Source: an uncultured Bacilli bacterium (GTDB taxonomy: Bacteria > Bacillota_I > Bacilli_A > RF39 > UBA660). From it: DNA of 64,000 nt. The DNA lies in the NCBI GenBank assembly GCA_934085825.1, contig CAKOHR010000002.1, forward strand, positions 113,682 to 177,681, in the 5' to 3' direction. The position numbers and the translations under genes were made by a program. Below, piece by piece: positions 35,048-45,698 of the stretch. Below the pieces are notes generated by a model that was not told the DNA's origin, ran no database searches, and worked only from the letters and a program-made list of their open reading frames with translations. How positions within the stretch are numbered: the stretch's first letter is position 1; the number at the start of each line of letters is the position of its first letter.

Positions 35048-35158
35048 CTATTTACTTTTCTTTTTAGCATTTTTACTTATTAATCTTACCTTAACACCTT
35101 TATATAAAGCAAATTGTTTTTTAACGCCTTCAGGTAAATTTTTCTTAAATGTTTTCAT
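35048..35158 (-). CDS. Small basic protein (36 aa, MKTFKKNLPEGVKKQFALYKGVKVRLISKNAKKKSK)
   Basis: GAGGTG Shine-Dalgarno sequence 5 nt upstream of the ATG. Followed by the GAAGGAT/ATCCTTC terminator hairpin (35003-35020) and a U-run. Not in the ORF table (<60 aa). Confidence 0.35.
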   Translation of the reverse strand: MKTFKKNLPEGVKKQFALYKGVKVRLISKNAKKKSK

Positions 35159-35231
35159 TACTGCACCTCACTTCTTTTCTTATAGATTATACCATACTAT
35201 CTATTAAAATATCAATAAATTCTGCTTAAGT

Positions 35232-36791
35232 CTATTTATTTTTATATTTTTTATATATACTTTCAAACACTTTTATGCCATCCATGGCACTTGTTGTAAT
35301 ACCCCCGGCATATCCAGCTCCTTCACCACAGGGATAAATACCTTTAACATTTGAATTAAAATCTTCATCACGAACAATACGAACTGGACTACTAGTTCTA
35401 GCTTCTGGTGCTGCAATAACTGAAGCATCACCATTAAAACCATTTATTTTATTATTAAAATAATCAATTCCTTCTTTTAAACTTTCATTTATAAAATTTG
35501 GAAAAATATCATTTATATTTGCTAAATGTGTTTTGCCTTTAAAAGCATCAATATTTATATTTTCTGAAATCGTATTATTTTTATAATCAACATATCTTTG
35601 AATAGGAATAACACCATTTCCAATATTATATGCTTTTTGTTCTAAATCTTCTTGAAACCTTATTCCATCTAAAGGATTACTTCCAAAGTCTTCCGGTGAT
35701 ACAGTTACTACAATAGCACTATTAGCAAAGCCAGAATCTCTTTTATAATTACTCATGCCATTTACACAAATACCATCCGGGGTACTTCTACTATTTACGA
35801 CATAACCACCTGGACACATACAAAAACTATAAACCCCACGACCACTTTTACTTTTAAAGGTCAGTTTGTATGATGCTGATGGCAAAAATGAATAATTTAT
35901 TGGATATTGATTTTCATTAATCATTTCTTGAGGATGAATTATTCTAACGCCAACTGCAAAAGGTTTAGCTTCCATATAGATATTTTTATGATTTAACATT
36001 TTAAAGGTATCACGAGCTGAGTGACCAATAGCTAAGACTAATACATCAGTTTCAAAGTATTTATCACCTACTTTGATAGATTTTATTTTATCATTTTCTA
36101 TTACAATATCTTCCATACAAGAATTATAATGAATTTCCGCGCCCATAGCTATTATTTTTTCTCTTAAATTTATAACTACTTTTCTTAAAATATCGGTACC
36201 AATATGTGGTTTACTATCGTACATTATTTCTTCCGGAGCTCCGCACTCTACAAAAATCTTAAATACTTCCCTCATTCTACCAGCTTTATCTTTAACTAAA
36301 GTATTAAGCTTTCCATCACTAAATGTACCTGCTCCACCTTCACCAAATTGAACATTACTATAATCAGCAAAATTATTATTTTGCCATAAGTCTTCAACTG
36401 TTTTAACTCTTTGTTCTATTTTTTCACCACGTTCAAAAAGTATCGGCTTATATCCATTTTTGGCAAGGCAAAAGGTACAAAACAAACCTGCTGGTCCTGC
36501 CCCAATAACTATTGGTCTTTTATTTAATGTTTCTTTTCCCATCTCAGGAAGTACATACTCTTCATTTTCCACTTTAACTATGTTTTCTTTCAAAAAATTA
36601 TTTTCATTATCTATTTCAACATCTAAATCAAATACATAAGAAAACATGTGTTTACTTCGAGCATCAATCGCCTTTTTATGAATATTTACTTTTTTAAGTT
36701 TTTCTTTATTTACTTTTAGCTTTTTACTTGCAAGTTCATAAATATCAATATTTTCTTTAATTTCAGTTTTAATACTTTTAATTCTAATCAT
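35232..36791 (-). CDS. FAD-dependent protein (COG2509-like NAD(FAD)-utilizing dehydrogenase)
   Basis: Dinucleotide-binding motif IVIGAGPAGLFC. Start taken at the internal Met 6 (36791) of the tabled ORF because the first 5 codons overlap the upstream gene; not verified. Confidence 0.7.
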   Translation of the reverse strand: MIRIKSIKTEIKENIDIYELASKKLKVNKEKLKKVNIHKKAIDARSKHMFSYVFDLDVEIDNENNFLKENIVKVENEEYVLPEMGKETLNKRPIVIGAGPAGLFCTFCLAKNGYKPILFERGEKIEQRVKTVEDLWQNNNFADYSNVQFGEGGAGTFSDGKLNTLVKDKAGRMREVFKIFVECGAPEEIMYDSKPHIGTDILRKVVINLREKIIAMGAEIHYNSCMEDIVIENDKIKSIKVGDKYFETDVLVLAIGHSARDTFKMLNHKNIYMEAKPFAVGVRIIHPQEMINENQYPINYSFLPSASYKLTFKSKSGRGVYSFCMCPGGYVVNSRSTPDGICVNGMSNYKRDSGFANSAIVVTVSPEDFGSNPLDGIRFQEDLEQKAYNIGNGVIPIQRYVDYKNNTISENINIDAFKGKTHLANINDIFPNFINESLKEGIDYFNNKINGFNGDASVIAAPEARTSSPVRIVRDEDFNSNVKGIYPCGEGAGYAGGITTSAMDGIKVFESIYKKYKNK

Positions 36792-37950
36792 GATTATCAC
36801 CTGCAACTAGTCCTGTTATAAAACTTATAGTTAAGTTATATCCTCCACAATCACCATCTAAATCAAGAACTTCTCCAGCAAAATAAAGATTTTTAACAAG
36901 TTTAGACTCCATTGTTTCTAAATTTATTTCTTCTAAAGATACTCCACCACTAGTTACCTGCGCATCTAAATATCCTTTAGTGTCTTTAATAGAAACTCTA
37001 AAGTTAGTTAAAGTTTCAATAAATTTACTTTTTTCATCTATTTTTAATTCACACCATTTTTTATCTTTAACTTTTAAGTATTTAAGTATTAAATTATTTA
37101 ATTTATAATCTAAAAATCCATCACATACATTTATTAGATATTTATCTTTATTTTCTTCCATGTATTTATTTAAATCATCTGTCCATGGGCAAAAATTAAT
37201 TCTTACTTCACATGTTTTTTCTTCATTTAAAGCAAACCTTATATCACGACTTAAATTAAAAATACAAATACCACTTAAACCAAAGCTAGTAAGTTGAAGT
37301 TCACCATGTTCTTTTTTTATTTTGTTTCCATCAATATAACTTGATGCATCTACTTCGCATCTAATACCAGACCATTCTTTTTCTAAACCAGTTTTTGTTT
37401 CTAGTGCCATCAAAGATGGATTTAAATTAGTTACTTTATGGCCAAAAGCTTTAGCTAAGTAAAAGCCTTCACCAGTACTTCCCGTCTTTGGATAGCTAAG
37501 ACCACCGGTGGTAATAATTACTTTATCAAAAACTTCCTTATTTATAATAAATTTATTATCTTTTCTTTTTATATTCTCTATATAAGTATTAAATCTAAAA
37601 TCTACATCTAAAGAACTTTTCAAACAAGATAAAACACTAGATGATTTTTCACTATATGGATAAAGATAACCATTTTTATCTTTTAAAACTAAACCTATTT
37701 CTTTGAAAAAGTTATTTACTTTATCTATATTTTTATCATTTATTATCTTTTTTATAAGTTCGTTGTTACTTGAATGATATTTACTTAAATCATTATTAGT
37801 ATTTCCAATATTACATCTTCCACTTCCAGTTAAAAGAAGTTTTTTACCAGCATCGTTATTTCCATCAAATACCACAACCTTGTTTTCTTTTGATATGAAT
37901 TTGGCTGCTGCTAAACCTGCTGGTCCTGCTCCAATAATTGCTACTTTCAT
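36784..37950 (-). CDS. HI0933/BaiN-like flavoprotein (aminoacetone oxidase family)
   Basis: MKVAIIGAGPAGLAAA Rossmann motif at the N-terminus; 388 aa, the family-typical length. Confidence 0.7.
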   Translation of the reverse strand: MKVAIIGAGPAGLAAAKFISKENKVVVFDGNNDAGKKLLLTGSGRCNIGNTNNDLSKYHSSNNELIKKIINDKNIDKVNNFFKEIGLVLKDKNGYLYPYSEKSSSVLSCLKSSLDVDFRFNTYIENIKRKDNKFIINKEVFDKVIITTGGLSYPKTGSTGEGFYLAKAFGHKVTNLNPSLMALETKTGLEKEWSGIRCEVDASSYIDGNKIKKEHGELQLTSFGLSGICIFNLSRDIRFALNEEKTCEVRINFCPWTDDLNKYMEENKDKYLINVCDGFLDYKLNNLILKYLKVKDKKWCELKIDEKSKFIETLTNFRVSIKDTKGYLDAQVTSGGVSLEEINLETMESKLVKNLYFAGEVLDLDGDCGGYNLTISFITGLVAGDNHD

Positions 37951-40900
37951 GCTTTCACCTCTATTTCTTTTACTTTGTTATCTAAAATTGAATATAAATA
38001 TAAATAAACTTCTTTATCACTGATACTTTTTACATAATCATAATATACACCTAATTGCTTAATATAATTTTCATCATCTATATTTTTAAGTTTGTAATCC
38101 ACAATAAATATTTTGTCACTATACTCAAGCATTAAATCTATAATACCATGATATTTAATATCATCCTTTTCAAACATAAACTCTAGTTCTTGATAAATTT
38201 CTGCATTTTTAAAATCAAAATTTTCTAATAATTTATTTATATACTTATTATCAGTTTTAGTATTTTTAAAATCAGTTAATTCAAATATTTCATGCATCTT
38301 GGTACCAAATTCTAAAGTCTTAGCTTCTTCTTTTGTTAAAATATTCTTTATTGTTTTAGATGCATGTTTCTTTTCTACTTCTTCATATAAAACTTCATCA
38401 TCATATATTATCATCTCTTCTTTAGATTTTTCTAAATTTTTACTTATTGCTTTACTAAATTCATATTCTTTAGATAGACCAATATTATTTAAATTAACAC
38501 TTGTTACATATTTTGCTATATTACCATATATACTTTCTAAAAAATTATAAAACGACCTAAAACTTAAACCTTCCAGAAAATCTACTTCCTCGCAATGTCT
38601 AGTTTTATCCTTTACTTCAGGCATTACCATGATAATCTTTTCTTTAGCTCTGGTTAAAGCTACATAAAATAGTCTTATTTTTTCTGCTACTTCATTTAAG
38701 TAATATTCATTTTTAACAAGCTGTTTAATAAATACTTCGCCGATACCATCTTTATAATATGGCGTTATAATTCCATACTTGTTATCAAACATAAATTTAT
38801 TTTTTAAATCACTTAAATTAAATGTTTTGGGAAACCCTGTAAAATAACATATTGGAAATTCAAGTCCTTTTGATTTATGAATATTCATCATTTTAACAGA
38901 TACACTACTTGATTTAGCTTCTTTATATTTTATTTCACTTCCGGAAGCTGCTAAGTCTTCAAGATACTTACTAAAGTCTAGACTTGTAAAACCTAAGCTT
39001 TCAACATTTTCTGCTAGCCCTAGCAAATAGTTCATTCTCTTTATGCCAGCATCAACATTACCCACTAAAATAAATTTTTCATAAAAATTAAAATCATTAA
39101 TAATTCTTTTTAAAAGCATACTTGGGGTTAGTTCATCTAATTCTTTACTTATATCTTTACATACTCTAAATACTTCACTTCTAAATATACCATTATTTTC
39201 TAAAGCATTAAATATTTCAGCATCATTTAAACCACCAACATAACTTCTGGCAACACTAGTAAAATAATATCTAAACTTTTTATCATACACTTCATTTTTA
39301 ATAGAAAAACATAAATTAATAATATTTTTAATAATGTAAATATCATTTTCTTCCATTAAATTACTATCTTTATATATTTCCATTGGTATATTAAAGTACT
39401 CAAATACCTTTTTAAATAAATTCATTTTACTACCACGATCAAGTATAATACAAAAATCATTATAAGTAGCTTTTCTCATTTTTTCTAAGTCAAAATCATA
39501 TACTTCATAAGCTTCATTAATTTTCTTCTTAATATCATTTGCTATTATAAAAGCTTCTATTTCATCATTTGAATACTTCTTATCTTCATTATTATAAGTA
39601 TAAATATCCATATAATTATTGTTATTATTAGCACCAAGAGTAACATAAGCCTTGTTACCAAAAATCATGGCATGACTTTCTTTATAGTTTATACCCCCGA
39701 GTTCTTTTGTCATAAGGCGAGCAAATATTTCATTAATATTAAAAAGCACTTCTTCTCTAGATCTGAAGTTTTTAAGTAAATCTATCTTTACACCGCCATC
39801 TTCCATAGTATATCTATCATACTTATTTTTAAATATTAAGGGATTAGCATTTCTAAATCTATATATAGATTGTTTTATATCTCCGACCATATAAACATTA
39901 TCATTTTCTAAATATTTAATAAATGTTTCTTGTAAATCACTTGTATCTTGATATTCATCAATCATTATTTCATTGAATTTATTTTTAAGTTCTTCTCTGA
40001 TACTTTCATTTTCTTCCACTAGTTTAATAGCCATTTTAGCTATATCTGTAAATTCATAAGCATCATATTCTTTCTTAAAAGTATTTATTTTATCATCAAG
40101 TTCATGAATAATTTCTATAATTATTTCAGCATAATCTTTAGTGCTTAAATATGCACTTTTTAATTCTTCTTCACTATAAAATATTAAATCACTTAGTGTT
40201 TTAAATGTATCTTGAATATTCTCTTTTAAAGCCTTACCTTCTTCATCTAATTTAGTAAACCTACCTAAAGTACAATCTTTATACTTATATAAATCATTAA
40301 AGTCGTGCGGAGAAAAAAGATTAGAAACACTATCATATAACTTTTGATAAGATGCACTATCCATGTAGCTTTCTATTTCAAGTACCATATTTTCTAGGGA
40401 CTCCGATAAAGATTTAACATATTTAAAATATTCATCAAAACATTTATTTACATATTCAGCACTATAAAAATTATTTACATAATTATTTAAATAAGCATCT
40501 TTATCATATTTTAAATCAAGTAATCTATTAATGCTTAAAACTGACGTTTTTATTAATGCATCATCTCTATTAGTAAAATCTTCGATTAATTTTAAAAATC
40601 TATCATCTTTTTCTTCATAAAATTTTTCTAATATCTCTTCTAAAATTTCCTTTCTTTTTAAATTAATAATTGATGCATCAATAATACTAATATCCTTGCT
40701 CATGTTAAGAACATAATGATACTTTTTAACTAAATTTAAAGCGAAAGCATCGAACGTTGTTATATATGCTTGATCTAAATATTCAAGTTGATCTTTTAAT
40801 CCTGCTTTTTTTATTTTTTTCCTAATTCTGGCAGCCATTTCACCTGCAGCTTCATTAGTGAATGTTAGCATTAAAATATTTCTAATATCTATGCCATCTT

Positions 40901-41021
40901 TAAGTTTTCTTATTACTCTTTCTGATAATACTGCAGTTTTACCAGAACCTGCACCTGCAGATACTATAATATTATTACCTTCTAAATTAACTGCTTTAGC
41001 TTGTTCAGGAGTCAAATTCAT
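37947..41021 (-). CDS. addA: ATP-dependent helicase/nuclease subunit A (AddA/RexA)
   Basis: UvrD-type helicase motifs (AGAGSGKT, DEYQDT, ...). Start placed at MNLTPEQ with an AAGAGGTGA Shine-Dalgarno sequence; followed by addB. Confidence 0.85.
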   Translation of the reverse strand: MNLTPEQAKAVNLEGNNIIVSAGAGSGKTAVLSERVIRKLKDGIDIRNILMLTFTNEAAGEMAARIRKKIKKAGLKDQLEYLDQAYITTFDAFALNLVKKYHYVLNMSKDISIIDASIINLKRKEILEEILEKFYEEKDDRFLKLIEDFTNRDDALIKTSVLSINRLLDLKYDKDAYLNNYVNNFYSAEYVNKCFDEYFKYVKSLSESLENMVLEIESYMDSASYQKLYDSVSNLFSPHDFNDLYKYKDCTLGRFTKLDEEGKALKENIQDTFKTLSDLIFYSEEELKSAYLSTKDYAEIIIEIIHELDDKINTFKKEYDAYEFTDIAKMAIKLVEENESIREELKNKFNEIMIDEYQDTSDLQETFIKYLENDNVYMVGDIKQSIYRFRNANPLIFKNKYDRYTMEDGGVKIDLLKNFRSREEVLFNINEIFARLMTKELGGINYKESHAMIFGNKAYVTLGANNNNNYMDIYTYNNEDKKYSNDEIEAFIIANDIKKKINEAYEVYDFDLEKMRKATYNDFCIILDRGSKMNLFKKVFEYFNIPMEIYKDSNLMEENDIYIIKNIINLCFSIKNEVYDKKFRYYFTSVARSYVGGLNDAEIFNALENNGIFRSEVFRVCKDISKELDELTPSMLLKRIINDFNFYEKFILVGNVDAGIKRMNYLLGLAENVESLGFTSLDFSKYLEDLAASGSEIKYKEAKSSSVSVKMMNIHKSKGLEFPICYFTGFPKTFNLSDLKNKFMFDNKYGIITPYYKDGIGEVFIKQLVKNEYYLNEVAEKIRLFYVALTRAKEKIIMVMPEVKDKTRHCEEVDFLEGLSFRSFYNFLESIYGNIAKYVTSVNLNNIGLSKEYEFSKAISKNLEKSKEEMIIYDDEVLYEEVEKKHASKTIKNILTKEEAKTLEFGTKMHEIFELTDFKNTKTDNKYINKLLENFDFKNAEIYQELEFMFEKDDIKYHGIIDLMLEYSDKIFIVDYKLKNIDDENYIKQLGVYYDYVKSISDKEVYLYLYSILDNKVKEIEVKA

Positions 41022-41130
41022 CTTCTTCACCTCTTTTAGTGTAACACACATTATATTTTTTTGTTCATTCATACGGACATTTTATTATTTATCCGTATCA
41101 TTGTCAATAAAATTAAATTTCAAAACACAA

Positions 41131-43458
41131 TCAAACAACTTCATTTGTGTCATCTTCAAGTAAAACTTCATCATCTTTTGTTTTAAAGCATATATCCTTA
41201 AATTTACAATAAGTACATGCTATATTTTTACCTCCAAGTACCTTGGGATTTATTTTGAAATTACCTTTCACAATATACTTTATTACATCATCTATAATTT
41301 CATTTACTTTAATTATTAAATTATCCATCTCTTCATTAGATAGAACTTTACTAGTGCTATAAAAAGAGCCATCTTTTTTGAATCTTAAACCTTTTATCAT
41401 TTTACTATCTTTATAGTTACTATCAAGAAGACTCATAATAGTTTCATTACTATTGGTATAACCAGATAATCTTAGGTTATCTTTCTTTAAAGTTTCTAAA
41501 GACTTATGCTTATCCCTATTTAAAACATTATTAAGTACTCTTTCTATGTAGAAACCCGCAATAATAGAGTTTTTAAATCTATCACTTGTTTTAAGTAAAT
41601 ATAAATATATCGGAAGTTGCATATTAAGACCATATTCTAAAGTATCTAACTTTACATTCTTATCCCCAGTTTTATAATCCACTACTGCTATTATTTCTTT
41701 ATCATTATATTTAGTAGTCATAACTTTATCTATAAAGCCTTTAAAGTTTACCTTTACTCCATCATAGTCTTTTTCCACATTAAGTTCTGTTTCAAATAAA
41801 TAATCATTTAAACTGCTTGCCTTTTTTTGTTCTTTTAAATATTTAAGTAAAAAGTCTATTTCTTTTGCAAGAACATGAATATAAAATAATTCTCTTTCTT
41901 TAAATTTAAAATCTAATTCTTTAATAAATAAACTTATTTCTTTTTCAATATCTATATCATCATTTATACCAATTTCTAATATATGATGCACAATCTGTCC
42001 AATTACAGTTTTAAAAGTTTCTTCAAAAACATCTAAATTTAATATTTTAGCTAAATAATATCTAAAACTACATTCATTAAAAGTTTCTAAACTTGTATAC
42101 GAAAGAGTTACCCCTTCTTCAAGTCTTTCTTTAAGTAATGAGTTATTTATACTAGTAAATTTATTATTATATTCTCTATATGGAATATTTAAATTATTTT
42201 GATATACTTTTAAATACTTACTTTCATCATTATACTTATATAAATTATCTAAATCCATAGCATACTCAAGTTCACTATATTTTTTGCTGTAAGATACTTT
42301 TTTATCTATATCAATTTTTTTTACTTCTAATCCTAAATCTTCAATTAAACTTGAAGGATATAAAACACCATTATCACCATGCATAGAATAACTTATACTT
42401 AAATTAGGAATATTATATATTAAATTTATAACATTATCTTTATTTATTTTATTTATTTCTAAAGATGTATCCAGTCCAAGTTTAGTTTTTATATTATCAC
42501 TTAAAAAGTCATCATCCTTCTTTACTTTAGGATAACTGCCTATATTAAAACCAAGCAAAAACACATAATCGTTTTTGCTATAAACTTCTTCAAGAGAATG
42601 TAACTCTATAGCATTTTTATATACAGTATTACTAACTTTAGCTTGTTTTAAATCTCTTTTAATAAACTCTTTTCTAACTATTTTATCTTTTACTTGTACA
42701 GACTTATTTATAATAGTAATAAGTTCATTTACATTACTATACTTACTACTTAAATAATCTATTACTTCATCTATTTCTTTATTATCATAAAGATTTAAAA
42801 ATTCTTTAGATATACTTAAACTTAAAAATGAAGAATTATTATCTATATTAATAGGTGTTTTAAATAATTTAAAATAATATTCTAAATGTTTATAATATTC
42901 TTTACTTGCAATTAACTTTATATTATTAATGTCTATACCTTTTTTTAGTAATTTCTTTATTTCTATAACAATATACTCTACTTCTTCACGTATATTACTT
43001 GCTTCATACACACACAGCTTATAGTTATTTTTTTCTACACTTTCTAATTTATAATCCATACCATCTAAAATTAATCTTTCTTCCTTAGTTAATACATCTT
43101 TGCCATATATAGTAACTTTTTGATTATACATATATTTTCTAAAATTATCATCATATATAAGTAAATTTTGTTCATCTAATTCTTTTCTTAAATTATTTAA
43201 AAACATTACTTTTTCATCGTCAATCTCTTTTAAAAAATATAAATTATCTAAATAAATTTTAGCTATATTAATATTTACATTATATTTTTTTATAACGTAT
43301 TCTAAAGCTCTATCATCATAGTCAAAGAACAACTTTTTTTTAAGTTCTTTAAACCCTAGAAATTTATTATTATTAAATTTCTTTTCTATGTTTATTTTCT
43401 TTAATAACTCTATTTTATTAAATTCACTAGTTATTACTACATTCATAATATACCTCAT
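41131..43458 (-). CDS. addB: Helicase/nuclease subunit B (AddB/RexB), shortened (775 aa, no N-terminal Walker A)
   Basis: PD-(D/E)XK nuclease region with a C-terminal Fe-S cysteine cluster (CSFRYY...CTYCKFKDIC); pairs with addA. Confidence 0.7.
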   Translation of the reverse strand: MRYIMNVVITSEFNKIELLKKINIEKKFNNNKFLGFKELKKKLFFDYDDRALEYVIKKYNVNINIAKIYLDNLYFLKEIDDEKVMFLNNLRKELDEQNLLIYDDNFRKYMYNQKVTIYGKDVLTKEERLILDGMDYKLESVEKNNYKLCVYEASNIREEVEYIVIEIKKLLKKGIDINNIKLIASKEYYKHLEYYFKLFKTPINIDNNSSFLSLSISKEFLNLYDNKEIDEVIDYLSSKYSNVNELITIINKSVQVKDKIVRKEFIKRDLKQAKVSNTVYKNAIELHSLEEVYSKNDYVFLLGFNIGSYPKVKKDDDFLSDNIKTKLGLDTSLEINKINKDNVINLIYNIPNLSISYSMHGDNGVLYPSSLIEDLGLEVKKIDIDKKVSYSKKYSELEYAMDLDNLYKYNDESKYLKVYQNNLNIPYREYNNKFTSINNSLLKERLEEGVTLSYTSLETFNECSFRYYLAKILNLDVFEETFKTVIGQIVHHILEIGINDDIDIEKEISLFIKELDFKFKERELFYIHVLAKEIDFLLKYLKEQKKASSLNDYLFETELNVEKDYDGVKVNFKGFIDKVMTTKYNDKEIIAVVDYKTGDKNVKLDTLEYGLNMQLPIYLYLLKTSDRFKNSIIAGFYIERVLNNVLNRDKHKSLETLKKDNLRLSGYTNSNETIMSLLDSNYKDSKMIKGLRFKKDGSFYSTSKVLSNEEMDNLIIKVNEIIDDVIKYIVKGNFKINPKVLGGKNIACTYCKFKDICFKTKDDEVLLEDDTNEVV

Positions 43459-43776
43459 TTATTAATATATAAATATTATATCATTAAGCCAAGAACATAA
43501 CTTAAATTTCTAACGAAATTCAAGTAGCAGTGTTACCTCATGGTAACACTTTTCTGTTTCACTGAAAACCAAGGCTTCTTAAGCTGACCACCTTCGGATG
43601 GTCGCCACCCTAATATTTTTATATATTTCGTTCCTATTTATATTATACATTCTTTCATATATATTTTCAAACCCTCAAACATTATATTTTCACTTGCATA
43701 TGATTAATCTATGATAATGTCTTAAGTGTTAGTATTTGATTATGTCTCAAAAAATGTAATATATATCACTCGAGGT

Positions 43777-44115
43777 GATATGATGAGAAATGTAGAATTA
43801 AGAATGAACGAACAAGAAAAATATGAAGTTATCAAAGAATTAGTAGATCACAATGGTAACAAAAACAGAGCTGCAAAAAAGCTCGGTATATCAAAAAGAC
43901 AAATTGATCGTCTTATAATCAAATATAAAGAGAAAGGCAAATCTGGCTTTGTTCACGGTAATCGTGGACATGTCTCAGCAAAGACACTAGATAAGTCAAT
44001 CTCTGAAAACATTATACTACTTTATAAGAATAAATACTATGATTTTAATTTTAATCATTTCAAAAATACACACACACATATATATACATTTTTAAAATTT
44101 TTTTACGTACAATAA
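43777..44115 (+). pseudogene. Truncated ISNCY/IS1202-group transposase N-terminal fragment
   Basis: NRAAKKLGISKRQIDRLIIKYKEKGKSGFVHGNRGHVSAKTLD matches the HTH and GLxHGNRGR N-terminus of ISNCY-family transposases. The frame ends after ~113 codons in a (CA)n/(TA)n run, and no integrase core follows. Confidence 0.55.
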
Positions 44116-44232
44116 TTAATATAGTTTTTATACTTATCTACGGACAGTTTTAAAAGCAAAAAAAGTAACACATTAACATTTGTTACTAAGTTTTATAATT
44201 TTGGCATTTTTGTGTCTTATTTATATATTTAT

Positions 44233-45545
44233 TTACAAATATTTAATTAAAAATACAGCATATAATGGAATTAATTTTATTTTACTGTTAGGATTATATC
44301 CAAAATCCTTAGAACTAATTCTTATCATATATTTTGGTGAATATAATTTATCATAAATACCCAAACTCTTTGATTTAGTGTTATTATCAGTTTTAACTTC
44401 TATTGGTATAACGCCATTATTTTCTGTTGAAATTAAAAAGTCTACCTTTGCATCTCTACTTCCTTGCCAATAAAGAAATCTAACCCATTTGATTTAAACT
44501 GATTAGCAACATAATTTTCAGTAATAATTTCTTTATATATTTTCATATCATCTAATAAAATCGTCTTAGCATCATTATTTACTAATCTATTAAAAATACC
44601 AACATCTGAATAATAAACTTTAAAAGTATTTTCATTTACAAATCCAAGTAATGGTTTCTCTGGTAATTTAACACATTTACATAACTCTACCATATTACTT
44701 TCAATTAACCAATCTAATGGCAAAGAAAACTCTCTTGATTTTGCATTAGGTTCAACTACTGAATATTGAAATTTTTTTGATGCATTTTGAAGTTGTGAAG
44801 ATAATGAATTATATATTTTTCTAATTTTTAAAGTTTCCAAAGAATTATTAACATGATTATTCATATCATTTTTATAGTCTTCAATTATGTCATTTAAAAT
44901 ACTTAAGTCATAATTATAATAATCATTTTTACATTTCAATAATTCAGAAACACTATCTGGCATACCGCCAGAAAGTAAATATTCTTTATAATATGATAAA
45001 GCTTTATCATGTATAAGCCCCATAGCTTCATTTTTATTAAAACATTTCTTAATTCTTTCAAGTAATGCATCTTGATTAAAAGCCATTAAGAATTCTTCAA
45101 AATCCATTGGGTACATATAAAGTCTAGTAACTTTACCAACTGGAAATGGTTTATTTAATCTTGATAATTTAACCCCTAATAAAGAACCCGCACAAATAAT
45201 TCTTATATTACTATGTTTTTCATTAGAAAATTTAAGTTCAGAAATTAATTCTTCGCTTTCTTGTATTTCATCAATAAATAAAACACTATTTTCTTTATCA
45301 AAATCAAAATCCAATAATAATTTTAAATTATCATACTTTTTTTCTGAAGAGTCAGTACTTTCATATAATTTTATTACATCAGTATCTTCCAGTAAATTTA
45401 TTCTCTTATAATATTTGAATTCATTTTTACAAAATTTATCTATTATATAAGTTTTTCCACATTGCCTTACTCCAAGAACAACCAGTGGTTTAAAATTATT
45501 ATTTTCTTTCCATTCAAGTAAATCATTGTATATTTTTCTTCTCAT
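44233..45545 (-). pseudogene. DUF4143 AAA-family ATPase, frameshifted near the 3' end
   Basis: Walker A GVRQCGKT. The tabled ORF stops at 44442, but the +1 frame continues WQGSRDAKVDFLISTENNGVIPIEVKTDNN..., which is the conserved DUF4143 C-terminus. The frameshift is near 44470. Confidence 0.65.
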
Positions 45546-45576
45546 CAGATATCATCTCCAAACTTATAGCACAATT

Positions 45577-45667
45577 ACACCTTTTTGTAGCCACTTTTTG
45601 CTCATATTCACACCTTTTTGCGGGGACTTTTTGTTAAAATTTACACCTTTTTGCAGGCACTTTTTGG
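45577..45667. repeat. Three ~24-bp direct repeats (ACACCTTTTTGnnGnCACTTTTTG) with 33-bp period upstream of the DUF4143 gene
   Basis: Read directly at 45577-45600, 45609-45633 and 45643-45667. Each unit holds two CAC(C)TTTTTG half-sites. Confidence 0.8.
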
Positions 45668-45698
45668 ATTTTAGCAAAAAAAATAACATCAATTGATG

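Noticed and set aside
44442-44470. Stop codon of the tabled 367-aa ATPase ORF taken at face value.
   Set aside because: The conserved DUF4143 C-terminal sequence continues in the +1 frame for ~75 more codons. The gene is therefore called as a frameshifted gene or pseudogene rather than an intact shorter gene.
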